Positions 12,477-23,700 of a stretch of DNA of 64,000 bases are shown here, in pieces. The DNA is taken from positions 62,001 to 126,000 of the forward strand of contig NIVC01002544.1 of the NCBI GenBank assembly GCA_002269645.1. The letters are read 5' to 3'. The position numbers and the translations under genes are program-made. The notes under the pieces were generated by a model, which was given only the letters and a program-made list of their open reading frames with translations, had not been told where the DNA came from and did not search any database. Within the stretch, counting starts at the first letter, position 1; every line of letters begins with the position of its first letter. Origin of the DNA: Macrostomum lignano. Its lineage: Eukaryota.

Positions 12477-14244
12477 CTTGCTTTTGCAATTGCAGACAAA
12501 GAAAAAGTAAAGTAATTTTAACCCCGGCACGAAGTGCTACGAGGCACGAAAAGAACAAGATAAGGCTTTAAATGTGTTACCAGAAGAGGCTTTTACTTTG
12601 CTCGTGGTGGTGCAAGTTCAAGAGCCTTTGCGGTCATTTAAATAATATGAACGGCCGGGTTAGAAACAAAAACATACTAAAACAAATACAAAAGTGTTTT
12701 TACCTATTTATAAGAAAGTATAATCTTGTTTTTACTACTTAATTAAAAAAACAATTTCACTTTCAATAACTTTATTTTGAATTTACTAGAAATGTAAGCT
12801 TGAACTATTTTCGTTTTTCGTTTTCACCTTCCTCGCACGTGGCCTGCGACGACTATAGCAGTGAACACTGTATTCCAAGTATAGTTACACAAATTTTGTT
12901 TCAAGTTGTCGTTTTGAACATTAGTTCAACGGCTGGACTTTTTACAGCAATGCTTTGATACGCTTAATGACAGTGTAATACTTTTTACTTTCAAGTTTTA
13001 ATACATCTAGATCCATTTGCATTAATGTCTGGATATTATATTAGGATAATCTGATACGTGTCATGATAGTGATACCTACTATATATATTGCGTTAGATTA
13101 GAAAACCAAAAATAAATCAATGTTATAATTTTGATTCTTACACAAACGCATTGATTTTAGTATTGTTTTTATGTTTTACTGCATGTTAGGAATATTTAAC
13201 TATAGGCCTATTAGTATTATAAATGCTACTAAGCTGCTACTTTCTCAACTAGGAAAGGGCTGGGTACACTGGAGAGCTCGAAAATAATCATCTCAGAGCA
13301 AGATAGTTCAGGAATCATTGAAAAAATAATTTAACAAACAAAACTTGAAGATTGCCTATAAATATAGTATAGTTGAGGTAAGGTTAGAGATTGCAAAATC
13401 CTGGTTTTTTGCGATCCTGGGATCCCAGGATTTAATCCCAATATTTAGCCAATCCTGGGATCAGAAAAATACAAATTTTTAAGCTTTTAGGTTAAAATTT
13501 TAAAGCAAAATGTGCACTAAACATATTTTTGCTTCCATTTTTGATTGTTATAAAGAGAAAGATCCTTTTGTAGATGAAAAACAATATTATCTTGTGGTGT
13601 ATTTAAGTAAGTAGCATAAAAGTACTATTTAAAGTCTAGTAAGCCAAAATGATGCAAGTAAGGGTAGCAGAGTTAGATAGCCCTAAATAAGAGGCAAGTG
13701 CATAGGGTCAGAACACCCTTAGATAGACATTAGCCCCTTTACCACCAAGTTGAATATTTGTGGTGGGCTTTATCTATTTAATGTACAATGCCTCAAGAGA
13801 GACAACTTTATACTTTGAATAACTCTGATTAATACTCTGGCAATTACAATCAATAATTTCAAATTTATTAGCATATCTAACTTTAGCGCATTGGTTGCTA
13901 TATTTTATGAGATTAAGTTGATATAATAGTCACTAATCATTGATAGAAGTGTCTATCGCCCAAGTGTCTTGTTGCCAAAGTGACTAGTAGCCTCCCAAGC
14001 CAAGTTCAATATTTGTCACTTTGCCAAACCCAGCAGCCAGGTTCCTAGTGTCACTGTGGGCAGAATTGAATGATGCATCATTTGTGTACATAGGTCACTC
14101 GAGCTCCACTTTATGAGCTTAAGTTGACAGACCCTTTTTTGTAAGGTAGGATGCAAAGGCGCTCTGCTCTTCCTTCAAGTTTCAATTACTCCCTTTGCGC
14201 TGAGGTTTTGCTATAAATTGCAAAAAAATTCGATTCAATGTCAA

Positions 14245-14315
14245 GCATCGGTGGTTCAGTGGTAGAATGCTCGCCTGCCACGCGGGCGGCCCGGGTTCGT
14301 TTCCCGGCCGATGCA
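14245..14315 (+). tRNA. tRNA-Gly (GCC), copy 3, T-loop variant
   Basis: Same as copies 1 and 2 except GTTCGTTTCC (A to T at 14300, the A58/B-box position); T5 terminator at 14318-14322. Confidence 0.9.
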
Positions 14316-14704
14316 ACTTTTTAAAATATAAAGTCAAACGTTTTTTTCCAAAAAGTATTTTTTTGGATTCGTTAATAAATTTATAGATTTAAATTTTAGC
14401 ATAAACAAGCATACAAACAAATATTAGAGATCTATTATATTTAGATTTTTTGGAGTATTTGGGAATTAGGCTTTTTTATTTAAGGCTCTGGTATTGCCAT
14501 ATGCAACATTAGTCCCATTAAATAGTTTTTTTCTAGAATCTAATGCTTCTACTAACTAGAACTAGCATATATTGGGCTTGATCTATCTATTAGTAATAAC
14601 TAATAGAAAAATAGCCTAGTATTTTAACGCAAAACTACTTACAGCAGCCGAATCAGTTTTCCGATATGTATCGAAAAAATGCTTTGTAAATCTTAAATTT
14701 TCAG

Positions 14705-17700
14705 AAGGTATTCAGCTACGCTTCGTATTTTTCGGTCAGCAATTTCGGCGACCGGTCCAGCGGCAAGCAATTCGAAATTCCTGAGTCGCAACGCCACGAT
14801 GCAAACATTGGTCGCGCTCTCAGCGAGGTGGGCATTGACCCCCTCTATTCGGTGTTTTTCGATCTGCTGCCGAATCGACCTCGCCACTCAGTCAGCGACA
14901 AACCGTCGCCTTGCGATTGGTGGCTCTGCTTCAGCGCCCACCTCGGCAAGTTCTGCGACTTCCCCAATCGGTGGAAGTCTCTCATTCAGCAGGTGCTGGG
15001 CAAGAACCCATCGCTATTGATGTACGTAGCCCAGCAGGTTATGGTGATGCTTCTCGATGAGAAGTACGGCTTCGACTTTGACGAGACTTACCCGTCCAGG
15101 CCGTTCTGGTTCTTCATCTACGGCCTGCTGCTGCTGGATGAGCATGAGTGAGTGCCAACCTTAGGCGAGACCCTGCGGCCTTCAGCGATGTTAATCTTAA
15201 TGATGACCCTTACAATATTTATCCCAATCCCCATCCTCATGATATTTATCCGAATCCCCATCCTCAGGATATTTATCCAAATCCCCATCCTCAGGATATT
15301 TATCCAAATCCCCATCCTCAGGATATTTATCCCAATCCCCATCCTCAGGATATTTATCCAAATTCCCATCCTTAGAATATTCATCCAAATCCCCATCCTC
15401 AGGATATTTATCCAAATCCCCATCCTCAGGATATTTATCCAAATTCCCATCCTTAGAATATTCATCCAAATCCCCATCCTCAGGATATTTATCCCAATCC
15501 CCATCCTCAGGATATTTATCCCAATCCCCATCCTCAGGATATTGATCCCAAACCCCCAGCTCAGACTATTTATCCCAATCCCCATCCTCAGGATATTGAT
15601 CCCAATTCCCATCCTCAGGATATTTCTCTCACTCAGAGAATCCCCCACTCAATCTCCCACTCAGAGAAAGCTAATGCTTATCCCACAAACTGCCATCCCC
15701 AGGCTGGCCGGCTCCACCACGGCTGCCGACGGCGCCGCTAGCTGCCTGAGCCTGGCGGCCTCCACGCGCAGCAGCGGCGACATCCCAGCCGGGGTGAAGC
15801 GCCTCCACACGCTGTTGCACCGGCGCTACCTGGCTGGCCGCAAGCGGCGCCTTTCGCCCGACGTCTCCGTTGACTATCGCGCCGTCAGCAAGCGCCGCTG
15901 GAGCGAGTTCAAGCCGTGGTACCAGGAGCGCCAGCGCCAGCTGTTGCAGCTGACTGCGTCGCACCGCTCCGAAGGCAGCGGCGACTCGACTCCGCGTAGA
16001 TGCGTTGGCGCCAGCTTCCTCCAAACTTTCCTAGAAATTGTGCTAGCGAACGAGCCGCTCCGCCTGAAGCTGGACAAGGCGCTGTGCCGCCTGCCTTTGG
16101 ATGAGTTCAGCAACTGCTTGAACAGCTGCCTGTCGCAGACTGTGCACTGGAAGCAGCTCATGTGTCAGGACGGCTTTGCCCGGCTGGCCCGGCTCTCCTG
16201 GGAGCCGCCGCACACAGCCATTGGGTGCGTGCAGCTGCAGCCCATTAGTTAGTCAGCTGCAGCCCATTAGTTAGTCAGCTGCAGCCCATTAGTTAGTCAG
16301 CTGTAGCCCATTAGTTAGTCAGCTGTAGCCCATTAGTCAGCTGTAGTCCATTAGTTAGTCAGCTGCAGCCTATTAGTTAGTCAGCTGTAGCCCATTAGTT
16401 AGTTAGCTGTAGTGCATTAGTTAGTCAGCTGTAGCCCATTAGTTAGTCAGCTGCCGCCCATTAGTTAGTCAGCTGCCGCCCATTAGTTAGTAATGTTATG
16501 CAACATTGTTCCTGTCTCCCCGCAGGGTTTTCCCCACTATCCCGTCCCTGGACGCTGAGCCGAGGCAGCAACAGCAGCGGCGGCCGAAGCAGGCGGAGCT
16601 CCATTGTCTGCGGCTGCTGGCGAACGATTCTCGAGCAGTTTTCTGCGAGTTCACGAATAATACGGACAAGGACTATGTGAGCTATCGTTGCAACTTTATG
16701 CGTAAATAACCAGTTTCGGGTTTCTATGCGGAATTATTTGACAAAGTTTTCGCCTGCCCGAACCCGACAGAACGTGATGGCGTTCAGCTCCGAGTGGGAG
16801 GCCCTGGCCATGGCCTGGTACTTGCAGCGGCACCGGCTGCTGGCTGTTAGCTTCAGCCAGTCCATGCTGGAGCCTGACGGGGCCCTGGAGAGCCGGCTGC
16901 TGCTGCCCAAACTGCTGCAGCTCTACAGGCCTGTGCTAGGAATGTGAGTGGTTTAGATGTCACCCGTGCTGTGCAGGTGCTAATTAGCCCTGATAAGGGT
17001 GTATCACCTTCAGCCAGTGTGAGTGAGTGCAGGTGCTAATTATCCCTGATAAGGGTGTGTCACTCAGGCCAGTGTGAGTGAGTGCAGGTGCTAATTATCC
17101 CTGATAAGGGTGTGTCACTCAGGCCAGTGTGAGTGAGTGTGGGTGCTAATTAGCCCTGATAAGGGTGTATCACCTTCAGCCAGTGTGAGTGAGTGCAGGT
17201 GCTAATTAGCCCTGATAAGGGTGTATCACCTTCAGCCAGTGTGAGTGAGTGCAGGTGCTAATTAGCTCTGATAAGGGTGGGTCACCCATGCCAATCCCCA
17301 ACCCTCTCGCAGAGCTCCGTTCATCCCAGGCAGAGGCCCCGACCCAGAGCAGCAGTGCGAGTTCAACCTGCAGCTCACAGCATTCAACTGCTCAGATCCT
17401 GAGCAGCCCCGCCTGACACTGTCGGACCCGTCTGACGGCAACAAAGCCCACCAGGTGGGCTGGATGGCGGACCCAACCCTGGCGGCCAGGGCCAGCTGCG
17501 GCCGTCTGCTGCAGGGCCTGCTGTCCGACGTGCTGCCCATGGACGGCTTTGCGGTCCGGCCGGACACCCTGCCGGTGCTGAAGCCCAACGAGTTCCAGGT
17601 GCTCACTGACAACCATCACGAGAACCGACAAGGTCAGCGACCCACTTCTTTATTTTTGTCTTCCTATTTTCACATTTCTTAACTTCTCCAATTTAAACGA

Positions 17701-20700
17701 AAATTGCCAAAATGCACTCTAAACAGTTGTGAGGATCAGCCTCACAATCAACAAGTTTCACCTGCCTAGCCGGCTTGTGCTCAAGCGAATTCCGTCGGTA
17801 AGCTGCGAAAGTTGCTTGGAAATCAATTTAACTTTGTGATTTGTGTACTGTGTGTAATCTGTGCGCGGGTAATTGAAGCATGAGCAGGGGAGATGGGATT
17901 ATGAGCAGGGGAGATGGGATTATGAGCAGGGGAGATGGGATCATGAGCAGGGGAGATGGGATCATGAGCAGGGGAGATGGGATCATGAGCAGGGGAGATG
18001 GGATCATGAGCAGAGGAGATGGGATCATGAGCAGGGGAGATGGGATCATGAGCAGGGGAGATGGGATCATGAGCAGGGGAGATGGGATCATGAGCAGGGG
18101 AAATGGATCATGAGCAGGGGAGATGGGATCATGAGCAGAGGAGATGGGATCATGAGCAGGGGAAATGGATCATGAGCAGGGGAGATAGGATCACGAAAGA
18201 ACGGGGCTGTAATTCCATAAGATATATTTGCCTTTGAACTCCCCGCCTTCCTCCCCGGAGTTCAATAACTTCGCGAAGACGCGGCGCCTGATGTCCCTCG
18301 CCAGCCAGTCCTGCCGCCTGAACTGCGCTCACATCAACCCGGTGCTGGCGCTCACCCTGGAGCCTGAGTTTGGCATCATCTCGGAGCTGCGACTCGCCTC
18401 CTGTGCCACTCTGCTCGCCAGCAGGCAGCGCAAAGTTCACTTCACTGTTGCTCACCTGGTCAGCATGCTCAGGCAGTGTCTCAGCGCACTCCTGTACCTG
18501 CTCAGGCAGACCTGTGTAAGTGGCGCTTATAGGACTCCTTCATTGGGGTGTACAGGAGTGCATTTGTGTTCATTGGGGTGTACAGAGTGCATTTGTGTTC
18601 ATTGGGGTGTACAGAGTGCATTTGTGTTCATTGGGGTGTACAGAGTGCATTTGTGTTCATTGGGGTGTACAGAGTGCATTTGTGTTCATTGGGGTGTACA
18701 GAGTGCATTTGTGCTCATTGGGGTGTACAGAGTGCATTTGTGTTCATTGGGGTGTACAGAGTGCATTTGTGCTCATTGGGGTGTACAGGAGTGCATTGGT
18801 GCTCATTGGGGTGTACAGGAGTGCATTGGTGCTCATTGGGGTGTACAGGAGTGCATTGGTGCTCATTGGGGTGTACAGGAGTGTATTGGTGTTCATTGTG
18901 GTGCACATGAACGCATTGAACTCTGCAGTCGGACAGTAGGCACCACAACAACATCAAGCTGTCGAACATCTTGATCGACTACCTGGACTCTAACGCCATT
19001 AATGTCCGGCTGTGCGACCTTGCTTGTCCGGCTTCGACGCAGGAGTCTGTTGCCAACGACTTGAACAAGCTGCACCACTGCTTGTACGATGAACTGCTGT
19101 GCAATGATAGTCATGGAGAGGCGAGTGCCTGCAGCGAATGCAACCTACTGCTGCCAGTGATGCGGCTGGTCAAGGCAAAGGCTGCTCCGCAGGGCAACGA
19201 GGAGGCCTGTCTGCTCGAGCTGATTGCGGAGACCAATGCTCTGGATAAGACAAGTGAGCGCTGGTTGAGCGTGTTGGGTAGGCAGTGAGCATGTTGGGTA
19301 GGCAGTGAGCATGTTGGGTAGGCAGTGAGTCAGATACGTTTCGCTGAGTAGTAGGCAGTGAGGATGTTGGGTAGGCAGTGAGTCAGATACGTTTCGCTGA
19401 GTAGTAGGCAGTGAGGATGTTGGGTAGGCAGTGAGTCAGATACGTTTCGCTGAGTAGTAGGCAGTGAGCATGTTGGGTAGGCAGTGAGTCAGATACGTTT
19501 CGCTGAGTAGTAGGCAGTGAGCATGTTGGGTAGGCAGTGAGCATGTTGGGTAGGCAGTGAGTCAGATACGTTCCACTGAGTAGTAGGCAGTGAGCATGTT
19601 GGGTAGGCAATGAGCATGTTGGGTAGGCAGTGAGCATGTTGGGTAGGCAGTGAGCATGTTGGGTAGGCAGTGAGCATGTTGGGTAGGCAGTGAGCATGTT
19701 GGGTATGCAGTGAGTCAGATACGTTCCGCTGAGTAGTAGGCAGTGAGGATGTTGGGTAGGCAGTGAGGATGTTGGGTAGGCAGTGAGCATGTTGGGTAGG
19801 CAGTGAGCGTGTTGGGTAGGCAGTGAGCATGTTGGGTAGGCAGTGAGCATGTTGGGTAGGCAGTGAGCATGTTGGGTAGGCAGTGAGCATGTTGGGTAGG
19901 CAGTGAGCATGTTGGATAGGCAGTGAGCATGTTGGATAGGCAGTGAGCGTGTTGGGTAGGCAGTGAGCATGTTGGGTAGGCAGTGAGCGTGTTGGGTAGG
20001 CAGTGAGCGTGTTGGGTAGGCAGTGAGCGTGTTGGGTAGGCAGTGAGCATGTTGGGTAGGCAGTGAGCATGTTGGGTAGGCAGTGAGTCATACGGTACGC
20101 TGAGCAGTAGGCAGTAAGCAAGCTGTATATGTACAGACAACCAAATTGCAAACCTTGTGCCTTCAGAGATTCGTGAAGTCCTCCATCACCCTGTGCTTCC
20201 CGTGGGCTGTTCGCTGCCTCTGCCCAGCGAGTCCGATGGCCAGTGCCTGGGCGTGTCCGAGATCCCGCAGCACCTGCAGTTCAATCCGTCCGATCTGCTG
20301 CTCACCGGCGAAAAGCTGGGCTCCGGCTGCTTTGGCTCCGTAGTGCGCGGCTCCCTGCAGCTCAACGGCCGCAGGGTCAGCGTGGCCGTCAAGACACTCC
20401 GCAGCGACGCCTCCAACAGCCAATTCGTCAAGGAGGTCCTCACGCAGGCGAGTCTGCCGAAGCACGAGAATATACTGGAACTGCTGAAGGTTTCGGAGGG
20501 TGAGTGAGTGGGTGAGTGAGTGAGTGGGTGAGTGAGTGAGTTGGTGAGTGGGTGAGTGAGTGAGTTGGTGTGTGGGTGAGTGAGTGAGTTGGTGAGTGGG
20601 TGAGTGAGTGAGTTGGTGTGTGGGTGAGTGAGTGAGTTGGACTGGTTTGTGCGGCGAAAGTGCACAAACCGGCTTTAGTGCCCAGCGCGTTGATTGTACA

Positions 20701-23700
20701 TCGCCACCTGCCCCCCCCCCTTGGGTGGCAGGGGTGTTTTTAAACCCCCGTCGCGCTCTTCTGGCGGCTCACTTTGCCTTCTCGCAGTGAATTTTTTTGA
20801 CTTAGAAATAGAAACTTTTGCTGAGTCATGAACCGCACCCGTAGCCAGTCAGCCGATTCCGTCCCCACAACTGTGCCAGCACTGCGAGGGAAACTAAAGG
20901 AGCTTGGTTTGCCAACCTCTGGCAACAAAGCAAAACTAGTCCAAAGGCTTCGCGCCCATATTCAAGACGTGGAGACCTCTGTCGAGAGTGACGAGCTGAC
21001 GAACGTTCAGGCCATTCTGCGAGCTACAGGGCAGAACTCGGCGGTAGCGAGCAGCGGGGGCAGCCCCCCAAATCGGCGACAGGTCGAGAACGGTGGGTCT
21101 GGCGCGGCTGGCGGCCTGGACGAACAGCTGCTGGAGGCGGAGAAGCGAATCCGTCTGCTGAAGCTGCGCAAAGAAGAAGCGCAGCTGGAATCCGAGTTCG
21201 CGCAGCTACGGGTCGGCCGTTCTGAGGCACGTGATGTACCGGGTGAGTTGCTAAATTGCCTAACTGGATGTGTGCAGCATGAAGTTGGGCAGCAGCATGA
21301 GAACATGGGAGCCTCAGGGAGAAGTACCAGTAGCGTCTACCGAATCGTTGACTTCGTCAGCAAGCGCAAGCAGTGTCTTCTAGGCCAGAGTAAGTCTAAA
21401 GAAGTGGCGGTCGAGGCGCTGTCGTTAGGCGATTGGGTGACGGGCAATGCGCAGGCGATGCTTCAGATGCTGACTGACGGGCGTCTAGTCAGACTGGATC
21501 AGCATGGTCGATTGGATGTGGCAGAGCTCAGAGACTATCTCAGGTACACCGCACGCATTGGCGAGTTGTTGGACCTGGGCTTCGACAAGAGCCGTGTGAT
21601 GAGATTTGATGACGAGTGCCGGCTCAGCCAAACGTCTGATGGCAAGTGGGAGTCGCACAGCTCGGACCTGAGTCTGGTTGCGGCGTACCTCATGGCTCCC
21701 CAGAAGCAGCAATCGGGGGGTGGTGCCCAGAAGCGCAATCAACTGGTTTGCTTCGACTACAACAGGATACGCGGGTGCGAACGCAAGAGCTGTCGGTTCC
21801 TGCATCGCTGCCGAAGATGCGGCCTGGCGCACTCTGAGGCAGCCTTCCACCGCGACGAATCGAGCGGTGAGGAGAAACCGCAACACTGACTCGATCATAG
21901 CGCGAATTTTATTCCTCCTGTTTTATCCTCTGATCTCAATCTGGCCCAGTGGCAGGCGGAGTTGTCCAAGCTGGATCTCCCGCCCGGTCGGATGGCTTTT
22001 ATCCTTGATGGCGTTGCTAGTGGCTTTCGCATCACCAATCGTCAGATGCATGGCAACGAGCTGGTTGAAGTGGCAAACTACTCATCGGTTTTTAAGCACC
22101 ATGACAGAGTTGCGCGTCAGATTGCTAATGAGCTTCGTCTCGGTCGTTATCGTCTCTGTGCTGCTGGTGACAAACCTTGCATAGTCAGCGCCCTTGGTGC
22201 GCTGCCGAAGTCCAACGGTGGCGTTCGCTTAATCCATGACTGCAGCCGGCCGCAAGGTAAGTCTGTCAACTCCGCTTACGAGAGCGAGCAGAGACTGCGT
22301 TTCACCTGTGTCCAGAACTTTGCTAAGAGGCTTAAGAAGAATTACTTTATGTGCAAGGTCGATCTAAGCGAAGCCTATCGTTCATGTGGGATCCATCCTG
22401 ACGACCAAAAGTTTACCGGTTTGAAGTTTCGGCTAGGTAGCGATGCTTGCGACACCTACATGGTGGACACGCGCCTGCCATTTGGTGCTGCTGCTTCCGT
22501 CACGGCTTTCTATCATCTCAGCGAGGCGGTCAAGTTGATGATGGTGCACCGCGGCTTCGTCAATACTGAGGCCTATCTGGACGATTTTGCCTTTTGCGGT
22601 TTGCAAAACGAGTGCGAGGCCTTCTTTAATGTGTTGACGTCGCTGATGACCAGACTGGGCTTCACCGTGAATTGGACGAAGTGTCAGCAGCCTTCGCAAA
22701 GGATGACGTTTCTCGGTGTGGAGCTCGACACCGTCAAGGGCCTGAAGCGGCTTTCAGACGAGAAAGTGGAGAAACTTTTAGAGCAACTGGACGATGCTGC
22801 TGCCAAGGATCGCATCAGCAAGCAAAGTTTACAGCAGATCATCGGCAGGCTGGTGTGGGCTTCGCAGGTGATCGAATGCGGTCGCCCCTTTCTTCAGGAC
22901 CTGATTTCGCGCTCTAACAATTTGGCCGTCGGTCAGCAAGATGAGGTGGATGCGGCCCTGCGTAGTCAGCTGCGCTGGTGGAAGTGTGCTCTGCTAGCTC
23001 AAAGGTGGAAGACTCTCTGGTTCAATGGCGACTTCGATGCCGCGATCGAGTCGGACGCCTGCCTGGTGGGCGGCGCTGCCGTGCTGCGGTTGCCGGGGGG
23101 CGTGAGTGACTGGCGCTACGTTAATTGGGATCTCGACGCGGATGCTGTTTTTCGGGATCTGCCTATCAATTACAAGGAGGCTGCGATACCTCTGATGGCG
23201 TTGCTGTCGTGGCGGGACCGCCTGCACAACTGTCGGCTGTGCATCTACTGCGATAATATGGCAGCGTGCTGTATTATCAACAATGGGGTCTCCAAGTGCC
23301 CTCTGGTGTTGAGGCTGTTGCAGACGGTGGCGCTGCTTTGCATTCGTCAGAACATTCAGCTGCGTGCTTACCATGTGCCAGGGCCGTTTCAAATTTTTGC
23401 TGACGCCGCGTCTCGGCTGCACGAGGGCAGTCAGTTGTTGAATTTTTTGCTGCGCTTTTATGGCTCATTGATGCGTCTCACCAATTGCTCGCTTTCCCGG
23501 CACACGCTTTCTGCTGCCACATCCGCTTTTCTCCGTTTTCAGGTCGCCAGACTGCGCCAGACCACCTCAGCCACCGAGCCCGTGAACTACTCGGTTCCTC
23601 CTACGCGGCCCGCTCGAAAAGCGCCATCAGCTCACACGTGCGGTCCTGGCGCGCGTACTGCTCAGCCAAGGGACTCGACCCCGCCGGGTGTACTGTGTCC

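Larger units (their letters stand above)
17727..19253 (+). other. Pseudokinase (JH2-like) domain exons of the JAK-like gene
   Basis: RLVLKR; AHINPVLAL; GIISEL; LVSMLRQCLSALLYL; catalytic HRD replaced by HNN and DFG by DLA. Confidence 0.65.

Noticed and set aside
11940-13490. Two GGGATCC-rich MITE ends as one element that captured CDV3 exon 1
   Set aside because: The termini face outward (right end near 12035, left end near 13386), so they belong to separate elements.
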